From: Vermamoeba vermiformis | Lineage: Eukaryota | Reading direction: 5' to 3' | Length of the DNA stretch: 64,000 nt | NCBI GenBank assembly: GCA_045837725.1 | Contig: JBEWZL010000123.1 | Span: 372,001 to 436,000 of the forward strand | Shown: positions 26,901-40,592 of the stretch, one piece after another | Numbering within the stretch: position 1 is the stretch's first letter | Layout: every line of letters starts with the position of its first letter | Notes under the pieces: model-generated | Seen by the model: only the letters and a program-made list of their open reading frames with translations | What the model was told of the DNA's origin: nothing | Databases searched by the model: none | Program-made: the position numbers and the translations under genes

Positions 26901-28595
26901 AATATACTGTTATAGGGCCACGAAAGAACAATTTTGGAGGTTCCCGAAGGCAAATCGGTCGTGAAGGCTTTGAACAACATTGCTGAACTGTCGACAGTCA
27001 AGTTAACTAAAGTCAGAAACCCTCAACTGCAAGAGCTGTTGGTCGATATGGAACGAAAGGAATTAATCATGTATGGAAATTACAAATTTGGCGTTCTGTA
27101 CTGGCGCGACGGCCTGACTGAGGACGAAATGTTCGCTCAGAGTACGTACCTTTCACGCACTAGATCTCACTCGAAAATTATCAAAACAAATAGGGATCAG
27201 TGTTATATAGTATAGGTTCCTAGTACTAATAATATGTGTTATAGCTGCGGGTAGTGCTGATTATGAAGAGTTTTTGGCCTGGCTCGGAGACCGTATCAAA
27301 CTGTTCGGCTGGGAGAAATACCGTGGTGGTCTTGACACCAAAAGTACGTTACAACTGCATCATAATAATACTATGCCATTATAATATACTAACAATACGA
27401 TTACAGATAAGAGTACTGGTGAGTACTCAGTGTACAAAGAAGTTTTGGGCAAAGAAATTATGTTCCACGTGTCAACTTTGTTGCCCTCTCAAGAACAAGA
27501 CGTTCAAAGAGTAAGTAATAATATAATAGTAATGTTGTTTATACGGCAATATTGTGAGGCTAAATCACGTCTAATTAATGCTTTGCAAGATCGAGATCGC
27601 AATTTTTGAAAAGTTATTACTATGGTGTACTAATATCTATTCAATAGGTCGAGCGAAAGCGTCACATTGGTAATGATGTCGTCGTTATTATTTTCAAAGA
27701 AGGAAAACAGCCGTTCGATCCGCTAATTTTGACAAACCAGTTTAACCGTATCCTTATTCGACTATGATATATTGAAACTAGAACACTAACGTATATTTAC
27801 TGCGTATTACTTTCCTTGACCTAATATTAACAGACATTTTTGCTATTGTTGAAAAGATCCCTGGTTCCTCACCGACTAAATACAAGTAAGTCATCGTAAA
27901 AAAGCAATTGTTTCGTTATTAAATATTTATCGCCATTACCAAAGTAATATCGTAAATTTACACTGTTGAATTAATCGTGATTGATTATATTAATTTGAAT
28001 TCAATTGTACATTGTTTACGACTTTAATTGGACTAAATTGAAAACCAGTAATTCACTCGCGTAAATTGTAGCAAAGTTTAATTTATCCCTTTTTTTGGTG
28101 AACTTTTTGAAGTTTTGGATCGGTACGGTTTTTGAATTGATTGCTAACGGAGTATTATTTGTGATTAGGCTGGTGATCGTGAACAAGGTCGGTACTGTGC
28201 CCTCGTTCCCTGAACTGCCGTTCCCGCCAGTGTTCGAGAAGACAGATGCGTTCCGTCAATTCTTTTTGACCAAGTTAATCAACGCTGAACGCGCGGCCAT
28301 GCAATCACCCGAGTTCAAGGGCAAAATGATGCGTACGCGCAAAGAAGAGCTGTCTAATATTGTGGCTAAGAGTCGCGAGATGAAAGATAAGAAAGAACAG
28401 CCGTCACTGGACACGATCCTTGGCGGCGTGAAGGATCTGATCACAAAGGCCGCGAAGAATGTAAATGACAAGATTGAGAAGCGGGACAGCAAGAAATTGT
28501 CTGGAGGCAACAGCGAGATTTCAATATCGACACCGCAATTCGTGCAGCATAAGCCCGTGGTATTTGATCCGACCACGAATCAGCTGACGCAGTAG
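23963..28595 (+). CDS. Rap/Ran-GAP domain protein with a Pro/Ser-rich N-terminus
   Basis: YKFGVLY, EDEMF, YRGGLD, IMFHVSTLLP, RKRHIGNDVVVIIF and FFLTKLINAERAA. Confidence 0.9.
27748..27833 (+). other. U12-type (minor spliceosome) GT-AG intron
   Basis: 5' site GTATCCTT, branch site TTCCTTGAC at 27812-27820 and CAG 3' end. Removing it gives the in-frame RapGAP sequence QFNHIFAIV. Confidence 0.85.
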
Positions 28596-28785
28596 ATGTG
28601 GATGTTGGCTTGAAGTCAAACAACGAGTCAAAAAGACGTATTATATTATATAGAGCAATCTTGAACATAGTATTAATGTGGTTTATATTTATTTTACGCA
28701 GTTGTGTGCTATTAATAAAACTTTTTCTATCGTAAACAAATTTCCAGATTTCGAGTCTTATGTAATTATTCATGAACGAAGAACA

Positions 28786-30601
28786 ATGGATATAGCACAT
28801 AATCCACTTGCACCCGATGGTGACCATTTTAACCCTAACGAATCGACAATAGACAAGTCGCATATTTTGCGACAGATGATCTTACTTTTGGAATCAGCCA
28901 AGAATCATAATGAAGAAAAAAATGCCCAATTAACCGATGAACAATTAGAAGCTAACGAACAACAAGAGATTGAGGCTTGTTGCTTGCTCTGGGACGTCAG
29001 GTATTTTTTTAATTTTTTCAAAATCATTTCCACGCATAAAATGGCAATAAAAATAGGAAAATATTGTCCAATAATACACATTAAAATAATAGGCCATAAA
29101 ATCGATATTAAAAAAAGGCGGGAAATGAGCACATAAAATATCGCTGACCACATCTACTTTAAGTACGCAACAAGAGCTCGCAGAGCTTATGTATGATAAC
29201 CATATTATGCCCGTACTATCACAAATGCTGGCTATGCGTCATTCTAGCCGACTATTGGTGAGTTACAGATCTAGTTTAACTAAAGTGCTTAATGTAATTC
29301 TTATTTAGGAAGTTTCAACGGGCATTATAGGAAATATAGTAGCATTTGATAATATAGCACTCGATATTACTCAAAACAACGAAAATATTCATAAAATTTT
29401 GATTCACTTGTTGCTGACTTCTGAAGACACGCCTGTATTGACCGAAATATTCAGGTAACTCCTTTTAAACACCCATATAATAATATATATAATTATTATA
29501 ATGTAAATGATGAGGAGAAAGTAATATTAAAGGTTCTTAAATTGTTTTTTCCGAAAGGGTGGATCTGCAGTCTCATTAGGATTTTATTAATTTTATTTTC
29601 TATAATTAGAACGCTGTCAGTTTTGACATCAAAAGCTAGCACACGTGACGTCTGGCTCGACCGATTGGACGAAGAGCCGATTCTGAGTCACGTCCTGTTC
29701 GTACTTCCGCACACTCGTGACGAGACACTATGCGACAAGATCTTATTATTGGTGATTAATATGACCTGGTACAGCGATTCTATTACCGAGAAATTGAAGA
29801 CTTTGAATATTGTTGAAACTCTTGCTGCGGCCCTTGAACGCAAAGTGCAGTCTAGCAACGATCATTTTGTCAACCACTGGTAAGTTTAAATAACGCTAAT
29901 ACGCCATATTTAAATATTAGACACGTAATATAGTCACAGTAGTATTTTATATGAATATTGAATGATATTTAAGGGTGCACTAGATCTGCAAATTTTTGAT
30001 AAGTTTTATTAGATCGATTCGATTAATAGAGTTGTTTTTATTATAGCGCGTCTTATTTAGAGAATTTATTAAGAGTTATTGAGATATTATCAGCTAAAGC
30101 AACGTTTGACAAAGCGTTGGCAAGCGATGACCGGATCACATCTAATATTTCAAAGCTGATCAAGCTCTCAGACTCATTGAACACTATAACATCCTGCTGT
30201 ATATGCATCATTAATTTGGATGCTGATTACAACTCTATATATACTGCTAAGGATGATTTCCTCGTTAGCGCTCTGATCACGAATCTGAGTCGCGATGACA
30301 CAACGAGTGACTTTGTATCGAATGTATGGAGCTTATTTCAGCTCATATTGACTGTTATTCAATTACACGGCCTAAAACAATACGAAAAGACGTTGAATAT
30401 GTTTGCACAAAATACGCAAAGGTTGATCCAAAGCCTTAAAGACATCGAAATTGACGAACAATTGCACGATACAGTAAGCAGTTAGATAAATTATATTAGT
30501 ATAGTACTAATGTATTATAATAGATTAAGCTCATGGTTAAGCTATTCAAAGAAACAGGAAATAATCAAGCGGCAGATGAGATCTCCAAGCTGCTGCAATA
30601 A
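28786..30601 (+). CDS. SAAL1: SAAL1-like ARM-fold protein
   Basis: CLLWDVS, RLLEVSTGIIGNI and SEDTPVLTEIFR match the remembered SAAL1 motifs (CRVWDMS, RLREICVGILGNM, SDPPTLLETSR). Confidence 0.75.
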
Positions 30602-30739
30602 ACGAACAATAAAATGATGTACTTTATATCTTAGAATATCTACATGAATGTTTTAACTAATATACACGTATTTGAATCGATTTAGGTAGTCTTCTTGTCA
30701 TTTGTCTGCAAAGAGACGCGGATGTGGCGTTGTTGGTTG

Positions 30740-31057
30740 TTAACGAGCTCTCTTTTTTACTAGGAACTCAGTGCATAGCACGCGATTGACCGCGCTGATT
30801 TGTTGACGAAGTGCTCGTTCTTTAGCCAGCCCGCGCACGACAATCTGCGAATGGGATTAGCTCGCTGCAGAAAGATGTCGCACTAATTAAATTGCTGCTT
30901 TTCAACACTTACTAATTCAATTCGATTGTTCTTCATTCCATCTTCATGGGCGATAGTATTACTTGGTCGTATAAAGAATCCTATTCGATGATAGTGTTAC
31001 ATCCGGTCAAGAAGTGCTTTGATATTTACCTTCCTTACAGTTATCGCTCTTATCCAT
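30740..31057 (-). CDS. Small hypothetical protein (3 exons)
   Basis: An ATG and two canonical GT-AG introns give an in-frame product of about 66 aa (MDKSDNCKEG...KKRAR*). No recognisable domain. Confidence 0.3.
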
Positions 31058-31320
31058 CACGCGTGTTCGCGATCGTCCGGAAATTAATTTGAATGAAAAG
31101 TCGGTTTTTGCAGTAATTACAGTGCATTGAAAATTTTAGGCTGCAATGGTTAGAAGAATAGGATTGCTAGCTAAGTTAGATAGATTGAATGCGGGACCAT
31201 ACGAAGATGGCAATTTAGGTTATCTTAACTGCAATTTGAAATTCTTTTTTAGGAAAACGATGTGACCGAAAACGGACTATTTAGTCGCCCGATTTTGCAA
31301 ATTCTTGTGAATCCCGCAAT

Positions 31321-32887
31321 ATGAGCGCATCAAATAAGCGTCATAAGGCGTTTCACCACTCGAACGATTGGTTCTTGGGTAGCTTGACAAATGATCTGAT
31401 CTACCTCATTTTGAGGCATCTTGATCTGCCATCAGTTCAAAGGTAAGGGTTTATTTTTTAGAAAAATTATTAATTAATCATAATTAGTAGTTTAGTTGCA
31501 ATGAAATAGCTGTTCCTAGTTTTTTTGTGTTTCAAACGTCAATACAAAATCCTTCTTTCTTTGTTAATAAATATAGCACTAGTATGATTCTTTGTTAATT
31601 TATAAGTAAAATTAATTGACGAATATCTTGCGTCATTCTAAAATTTGTTCAGTTATTTAATTGACGCAATAATTGGATCACAGAATGTGCTTCGTATGCA
31701 AGAGCTGGAATTGGAATGCTTGGAAGTATGTGACCAATTTCGATTCAAGACTGGAACCTTCGGAAGAACAGTGGCGTGTTGGTTGGACGAGTCGATTGCC
31801 ATACAATGTTGCAAGCTCGCTGTTAGCGCGCTTAGATGCCGCTCGAGTCAAAACTTTGTATTTCGCGGTCAAGGACGATGACGTCATCACAGAGTACGAG
31901 ACAATACGAAGTTGACTGTAGCTGACGTCTTGGTTTTAGACTGCCAACAGCGATGATGCAATTGACACGTGTCGTCGGATTAACAATCCTCAACGACTTG
32001 AACGACGATTTGTTTGACGATGTCTGTACGACCTTTACTCGATTGACATCAATGCACGTGGAAGCAACAGAGAAGTTTGGTAGCTATCAATTAAGACACT
32101 TAACAACACTGCAATCCCTTTGGATATCGCCGGCACAAAGTGACTTGGAATGGGTATCTTGTTTCCATGCACTGAAGGCGATCAGCGTGCGCAGTTGGCC
32201 GTATAAGAACTTTAGCTCTTTGGCCCAGTTACCGAATTTAGTTTCGTTCAGTGTCGAAAATTCGATGTATGACGAACACTTGACTCAGCTTGCAACCTTG
32301 ACGCAGATTCAAGAACTGAACCTTACATCCTGCACGTATCATTCAAGTCTGACAGTGCTTACCAATCTCACTGCCCTGGGTGTCAATGACATGAAAGCTG
32401 CCGGCACTCTACCGGCACGAGTGACGTCACTTTTTGTTCGCTATCTTTCAGGCTACACTGACCTGCAACAACTGTGCGCTCTATACTGTCGTAAGTGGCT
32501 GAAATTTCACGTTGTCACGCACTGATCAGCAACGTAGAATCTGAGATCGAGGACAGCGAGCTAATACATCTGGCATCGCTACCAAATCTTCGAAGTTTGA
32601 CGTTGCCAGCACCGAGTTTACAAGGCATTTCACTGCTGACGAATGTAACGTGTCTCGGATTGAACGAAGCTGATTGGCTAAGTGACCCGAATACCCTGCA
32701 AGAATTCAGTGCTCTCACCAACCTGCAAGTGCTAGAGTTCGATGGCGGGCCACGAATTACTTCCGATCAAATCGCCAGAGTATTTCCGTTGAAACACGTT
32801 GTCATTCGTTATCGACCTTTGTCAATCAATAAATGCATTTTGAGATCGCGCAGGAACTATTTCCAATCGTTACCGAAATTTATTTAA
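31321..32887 (+). CDS. F-box/leucine-rich-repeat protein
   Basis: F-box LTNDLIYLILRHLDLPSVQ-RMCFVCKSWN, followed by LxxLxxL repeats (LTTLQSLWI, LPNLRSLTL, LTNLQVLEF). Confidence 0.8.
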
Positions 32888-33053
32888 CGTGATCTTTTTC
32901 CGTACAGCCATCACCAAACTAACTTTTGTCCCCAGGGTAGTACAATATTTGTCTACTTGGAATTTGGTTTATTCAAATACAATTGCGCCGACAGAGGCTA
33001 TAAATAATAATGTAACAAAATTTTCAGACCCGATTGCGGATCCGATTCTTCGC

Positions 33054-36000
33054 TTATTGAATGAGACAACGACCCTTGAATTTGCCTTGATTAGCTTTCG
33101 CCTTTCGTTCGCTCTCTTTGAAGTCTTTGACTTTGTTCTTGTAGCCCTCTGGATCCACTTTCTGTTCCAACATCTCTTCGATCGTGAAAATGACTTCAGG
33201 AGACTTGACGAAGATCTTCGTGCTGCCCCAGCCAAACTCATCGGCTGATACGTCCTTCATCTGCAACGAGAATACGTTAATGACTATCTCTACTTTCAGT
33301 AAAATATAAAATATGATCTCAAAAAATGCGCCAATTGATAATATAGAGCTAAAAATAGTGCTTGTTCAATGGGTTATTAATGGATTTTCATGAAAAGCGG
33401 CCGAATTGACCGTTTGGCGCAAGTCCAGCGTAAATTTTTCACGGGCTTTGATTTAGATATGTGTTTGAGTTGGTTCGTACCTTGCCGATCAAATAATTGA
33501 CAATCGTGCGTGCCGCGTCTTGTCCCTCACCAGCAGGTGGTTGTTCCAACAGCGGACTGAAGCGACGGACCCACTTGCTGTACGGTGTGCGGTACGAGTA
33601 TCCAGCCTTCTTGACACGCACGTTCTCGAGCAGACCGAGGTACTAAGCGAGATTAGACCACGTGCTGGTGATTGCCAAATTAGGAAATGTTACCTTGACT
33701 TGATGTTCGACACGGGCCATGACAAAGTCCAACGGTTGTTTTTTGTCGTTGGGCTTGATGCACCGAATGTAGTGAGGCTGAAAATAGCACGTAAGAATGG
33801 ATTTCCTTATAAGGAAATGCCAATTAAGACTTACAACGCAAGCGCTCAATTTTGACATCAACATGTTGGCTGACTGACGGATCTTCATGCCTGAAGTGGT
33901 CGGTGCTTTCTTTTCTAAGGAAAGAAATGTAAGTCAATAAGATGACGCAAAGTAATGTTTTCCCGGTGGATCCGTACCGTCAGAAACGTCTTCAGGGAAG
34001 AGTGTCAAATAGAACGAGTTGTCCGAGGTCTGCATGCACATGACGAGCGAGGTGTACAAGTTGTCGTAGTTCTTGAAACAGAATTCTTCCACGGTGTACG
34101 TCACTTCACCTGCATAGTGCTTTGAAACAAAATATTATTATTAAATACTACTATTAGCATTATATAGTTCAAATTGACTTACCTTGACTGTGAACGAGGT
34201 CGGATGTGCTCCGATCAAGTGTTCGTTGTGCGGGTGCGTCTTCATCACTTTTTCCATGAATTTTCCGTCGCACGTGGCCGAGTCGAGTGCGTGGACAGTC
34301 TTGCACGTGTCGTCCAACAATCGGAAAATTCCGGGCGGGTTGTTGCCTTCGATCAGATCCACGACGACTTTGTTGTCAAAGTACTTGATGTCTTTCCACT
34401 AAATAGATACATATACATTAGTCCTATATACTACACCTATGATATATATCACAACGTACGGGTAAGTTCTCGTCGTGGTATTCTTTTTGTTCTTGTCTGA
34501 GCGTCAGATCGATGAAGACCTGTTGCAATCGTTCGTTGACGTAGTTGATGCAGAACTGTTCAAAGCCGTTTGCTTCAAAAATTTCAAAGCCGTAAATGTC
34601 GAGCACACCAATGCTCTTGCCGCCTGTACGAATGTTGCCGAGACCATTGCCGCCAACAGTGAATCCACCATTGCCGCCACCAGAATTACCCCTAAAATCA
34701 TAAAAATTAATCTAGGCCCACGCAATATATTTAAATACAATATTATGAATAAAATAGTATAAATGTTTGGTTTTTGGAATTAACACTTACATTTGGCCTT
34801 TAGGACCCTTAGGAATTGGCGGGCTGTTGCTGTAATTGTTGTTGGCACCAGGCATGGGTGGGGGCATCTTAGGACCGCCCATACCAGGGCCTTTGGGACC
34901 GGGACCCTTTGGACCAGGGCCTTTAGGACCGGGGCCTTTGGCTACAAAAGGTCGGTCAGATCGGGATAAAAAAAGCAATTTAAGCGTATAAATGGGCATA
35001 TTAAGACGTTATTAATTATAATTGTATTTACCTCTGCCCATAGGCATCTTTGGAGGACCTCCACCACCGTTCGGACTCGGCATCTGACGCGGGCTGGTTG
35101 GAGGACTGCTGACTGGACTAGCATAGCTGCTCAATGATACAGGAGTACCTATTGATTAATTTCGTCACTATACCGCTCATTAAACATAAATTTGATGGTC
35201 TGCCGGTGCCAGTACGCGATGAGACCCAAAATTTGACAGTCAAAAATCAACGAGTAAATTTGACGGTCAAATCTCAAGCATCTCTTTCAGCGCTTGTAAG
35301 GCTTGGTTGATGACAGTAATTATGTTAGAGGGTTATATTTACCTCGAGAGCCAAGGGCAACGTTGATTCTGTGCACGAGCCAGTCGAAAATTCTTTCGTA
35401 CAACGACTTGGCCAAGGCATCACGAATACCGCTAGCTTGATCAGGATTTTGAGGCACTGAATATACTGAAGCACGGGCACTACCGGTCTGAATAGCACGG
35501 TGCACTAAAGCTTCAGCGAGGGTTGAAGGATCCAAGCCTAACAAATAGGCTGCGAAATCGAGAGTGTCTTTGTTTGAGACTCTAGCAGGAGCATCTCCTT
35601 CAAAACGGATGTTTCCAACGTGCAAAATAGCGGCCAATAATTTCCAGCAGTTTTGCTAAAAAAGGAAAAATTTCAGTTTGTTTCTGGATCGAGATCTGAA
35701 ATATTAGTTGCTTACTTGATCGGTCGCTGATACGTCGATAACAGTCATGGCTTTGCAAACATCCTCGAAGCCCTTAGCGTCGTCAACGCCATCGACAGAG
35801 GTGCACTTGCTTTGAGATAAATAGAAAAATGATTCCGGACCACCAGTGAGGCCTAATTCTTGCTTCAATTGTGGAGGAGCTCCCTTGACAAGTTCGTAGA
35901 AGATATGGAAGTTACGTTCGCCTTTAGCTATAGTACAAATTCAAATTAATACTCCGATTTTCTTGATCCCAACCCAAAAATCTTGCAATTTTTTTAAAAT

Positions 36001-36979
36001 AACTGCGCGAGGTAAATTATTTATCATCGGTATTATATCCCAAATTTCATCATTATTGCAGAGTGTTTAAACGGATCTTTAAAGGATCCTTACCTTGGAA
36101 AGCGACTCTGGTCTTCTCCAACAAGAAATTGGTGATTTGTCCGCCGCAAGGCTCGCCTTTCTCGTTGAATAAAATTTCCAAGTATTTGCCGAATCGAGAG
36201 CTGTTGTCATTACGCACTGTCTTGGCATTACCGAAAGATTCTAACAACGGATTTGTGCTCAGAATGACGTCCTTGACGCGAGCAGTGTCACCAGTGCTAC
36301 CACTGACTGCTGAGATATAGTTCAAAATCAATTTTGCGGATTCAGTTTTGCCGGCACCAGATTCACCACTTTCAAATTGAAAAATTAAAATCTTTTTTCT
36401 TATATGAATTAATATATCCTAATTACCTAATAATTACGGCTTGACTAGATCCATCGCTGACCATCGTTCTGTAGGCTTGTTCGGCCAATTGATAAATGTG
36501 AGGAGGAGAATCGTAGATGTTGCTGTTCATGTACATCTTAATGTGATCTTCAGTGTAGATTGGCAAGCGAGTATAAGGGTTGACCTATAAAATATCCAGT
36601 ATTAACGCGGAGTCACGAGCAACAATATCTTGATCTACACGGTAACGGACAAAATCTTAATCGATTCAATTTCGATGATTTCAAACGCGTTTCGATCAAA
36701 AAAAGATACTCGGTACTGAAACAAACTCTAATTTGATAAAAATCTAATTTTTAATTTATCAACGAAAAGATTTTTTTCCATTAAATCAGATCTGCTTTCT
36801 TTCATCTTAAACCGCTAGATGATCATACATACCGCAATAAGTACATCACCGATATTAGTGTAGATGAGATTTTTGCCATATCTCGCTCCAATTTGTTTGG
36901 TGATCTCGCCGTTACTCGGATTGGAGACCATGGCAAGGTCGTCCACACCTTCTTTCATAAACCGCAAGAATACAGACAT
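33054..36979 (-). CDS. myoK: Class I myosin, MyoK type (Gly/Pro-rich motor-domain insert, almost no tail, C-terminal CaaX)
   Basis: [15 protein letters not shown] start; P-loop [24 protein letters not shown]; a GPGPK-repeat insert. Ends GRCLIQ*, like Dictyostelium MyoK. Confidence 0.9.
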
Positions 36980-37360
36980 ATTGAAATTGTGGTGCTTTCT
37001 TGGTTAAATTATTGGAGATTGCGATTTTGATTTTGTCAACTGCGACGACAAAAAATCTTGGTGAGATCTCATCGCACGGAATCGATTTTCATCATTACTA
37101 CCGGAATCCTAAACAGAGGACTACAGTAAATTCAATTTACAAATTACATTTCCTAAACAGACACATGTTTTACAGGTGGGCGCGGTACGAAATCTGCCTT
37201 CGGAGACCACATGTGGTGCTGCGTTATCTGGTGCAGATTTAGCAAAAAATGCGCGGAGCACCAGGCAATAATTTCCGGGAAAAGCATTTCCTAGAATTTC
37301 TCGATCGACAGAACATAAAAATGGAGCGAGATCTGTCCTTCTCGTCGTCTGTTTTTCAAT

Positions 37361-38253
37361 ATGGAAACACAAGAAAATAGCATATTTTTATTCTTTAATT
37401 TACCAGCAGAGTTGCAGCTCGAAGTAGCTGGTTGGTTGTCGATCAATGGATTAGGTATTTTCGCCCAACTATCTCAGCTGTGCAATGAATATGCTTCGTC
37501 AAATACAATATGGAAGCGTTATTTTTCTCAATTAACAAATGGCGATATCGAATACGCTATTGAAACGCTGGACAGCGAAACGAAGGTAGAAGAGCGCACC
37601 TTCGCTATTCTATTTATTAACCTTGTAATACAGATTGAGCACAAATATAACGACGAAGAGCCAGGCTATTACAAAGCACTCTATTTTCGGTACCTTGCCA
37701 TGCGTAAATCTAAATGGTGTGCATCTGTCAAATTTTCCCTCTAATCCACCCTTACTAAAATTTCGTTTTAGCCCTAATTGCGTCGCTCGTAAAGTAGGTG
37801 GCGGCTGGAGTGGTGGATCATTGTGTCGCTCGTGTTTCAAGTCGCACGGGTCCATGATGATCACGGCCAAGGAGACGATGCAGAAGTTTGCTTTGACATA
37901 CGAAGAAGCGAGTGAGCACGTGTACATCGATGAATATCTGAGTCCTGATCGAGGCATACCTACCGAATATTGCTACGAGTATCGAGGTACGTTATCACTC
38001 AATTCCAAGTGCATCACATCTGACATTTCACGTGAAAGCACGGCTTGTTGCGCTAGCAAAGTGGGGTACTTTTGAAGCAGTTAGAAGGGAGTATCTAAAA
38101 GTATTAAAGAGGTTACCGCAGAAACCAAAAGTAACCAAGCGAAAACGAGAAGAAACCGTTATTGAAGAAGAACCCGATCCGAAGAAACGACGAAGCGGTC
38201 GATTGGCTGGCAAAGCACGATCTCGTTATATCGATGATGTTGATATATTTTAA
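37361..38253 (+). CDS. F-box protein with a C-terminal Zn-finger/XPA-C-like region and basic NLS
   Basis: F-box NLPAELQLEVAGWL...IWKRYF; CPNC...CRSC; ITAKETMQKFAL; ALAKWGTFEAV; KKRRSGRLAGK. Confidence 0.7.
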
Positions 38254-38388
38254 TTATGTAAATCTAGTTTGAAGCAGTTTATACTTCCAGTTATCTTTGC
38301 CTGTTCGAACAAAACTAACGTGTTGCAATTAATAATAATACATTTTCATTGACGCAAAAAAAACCGACCAGTTTTTATTGTCGCTTAC

Positions 38389-40353
38389 TCAATCTTCCCA
38401 AGTGTATTCATCATTATACTCGCACGTCTGCCAGCTACCCGCATCACAATCGTTACAAGCACAGTGATCCCAATACGCTTCGTCTCGGTGATCTCTTCCG
38501 TGGGCAATTGCATTGTGGAATAAGTGACAATGCCCGCACAAAACGAAACTGTCTTGCAAAGCTCGTTGGTACATCTCTGCGAAGACTTGTTGCCATCGTG
38601 CTCGCTCTTGCTTTCGTTTCTCTTTCTTCGAGCTCGGTTGTTGCTCAGAAATCTTAGAGTGCTTGAGTTGATCTTCACTCCAACACTTGTGTGTGAACTT
38701 CTTCCACGCTTCATCACTGTTGTACAATGCTCGATAGTACTTGTTTAAGCTGATCAATGAGCAGTAGGTCACGTGCTCGTCTATCTGGCCGAATATCATC
38801 TCCATCATTTCTGGAGGTAAGACGATATTGTTCGCTCTTTGGAACTCCGCGGTGCTGTGGCTGACAACGAAGTGCTTAAATGACTGCGTAGGAGTGAGTG
38901 TCGCGTCGGTCCAATGATCCACGAGCCACTGAATGATTGGATTGCCCAGGGGTGACGCCGAGACTTGTTCGTCAGTGGCTAACGGCAGTTCAGTGACATT
39001 CATGGCTGATGAACACGTGTTACACAATTTACAATTTACAAATCATTGGCACTTACCGCTAAGTTTTTGGACAAGATCTTGCACTTCATTCGCTTTATTG
39101 GTCGGCACAACTCTAAATCGTTCTGCAGTAGCAATTTTAGTAAGTAGAAACGTGTGCAAGTAGATACGTACGATATACGTGATAAGTTTTCCGCACCAAT
39201 GAACTGTGATCGGCTACTGGTACTTCACTCGCTACTTGTTGACAGCAAAAGGTTTGCAGCGACAGCAAATAGATCTCAGTGACGCGTGTTTCGGGGCTGT
39301 AGTTCATTCATTTTTAGCAACAACACCTATCACAATTGCTTGTTTACCTGAGTTGTACCAACGCTGGATGATCGACGAAGTAAATTCCCGCAATGAGTTC
39401 GAGTTGTCGTTGGACTAGCTCAGATTTGTACTCTGCCGAGCCAGAATTGAATTTAGATCTGCTCACGTACGTGTCGGTCGTTGGGAAATAAATTGCATCT
39501 GATTGGTCGATCGGTGCAAACTTCGTGAATGCTTGTTCGTACGCAAGCATCGATTTCTTCTCTAATTGGTATTGTTAGCTAGCGACGACGCATGTGTGAA
39601 CAATGCGCGTACCTTTGAGATTGACATTATTCACTGCGCGAGACTTTGTTTTCGATAAAACCCTGGCGAGAGTTTCTCTGCTCCGTACGTCTAACAGCTG
39701 TTTGAACAGATCACGCTGGACGTCTGATTCGACCAGGGCTTGTAGCGATTCGGTTTTGAACCATGCCTTCATCATCGCAAGATGAAAAGCTGAAATATAT
39801 AATATTAGCATAGTATAAGGACATGGTTGAATCGGAATAGTATTAGAATAGTAAAAGGACTGTACCGTTTTTGCGCCAATGAATAGGAAATGTAATGTGG
39901 CTAGCTTTGAGCACGACGCAGGTGATTGGTGAAATAGGACTAGCTCCCACAGTACCCAGCTCAATTAGAGTGCTGCCCTTCTGCGTCAGTTTGTGCAGCA
40001 GTTTGGCGCTTCGAAAAGCGTCCGCTAATTCGATGTCGAGCACGCGTTTTGGACGTTGTTTTAATCGATACTTATAGTCTTGCAATGAGTCATAGGAAAT
40101 GTCATATATATAGCCACCTATCAATACATGCTATTAATAATATGACGCAATTCTGATTTAATCACAATGCTAAAATTAAGAGCATTGGCGAAACAATCGA
40201 GGGAAAAATATTCAAATATTACCATTAATTACCGTTTAATATATTAATTAAATCCTGCTTTGTCATAACGACATCCAAATCCGATCCCAAAAATGAGTCT
40301 TCGTAATCCAGGTCCCATGCTCTTGATCCAATAATTATTGCTGACGATGTCAT
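38389..40353 (-). CDS. Nucleotidyltransferase-like / F-box / Cys-His tail fusion protein, paralogue A
   Basis: IIGSRAW...SDLDVV; LKASHITFPIHWRKN; F-box LPPEMMEMIF...WKK; CGHCH...HCACNDC. Collinear with 50952-52848. Confidence 0.75.
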
Positions 40354-40592
40354 AGCTTCAACTTTAAGTTACGTTGGTGTTGCTCGTCTCCAAACGAACA
40401 AAACTGAAGCATTTCGGAAGCACAAAAATGTTGCGCAGAGAAGGATCCGCATGTTTGCATAATTGTAAGGCGTATCATGGCACGTCATCGCCAAAAAATC
40501 AAAAGTTTAGTTTACAGAGCACAAGGAAATACTACGTATAGGTGGCAAACTAGAAATGTGTATGTACAAAATGAAAGCTTTTGCGAGCTTTT

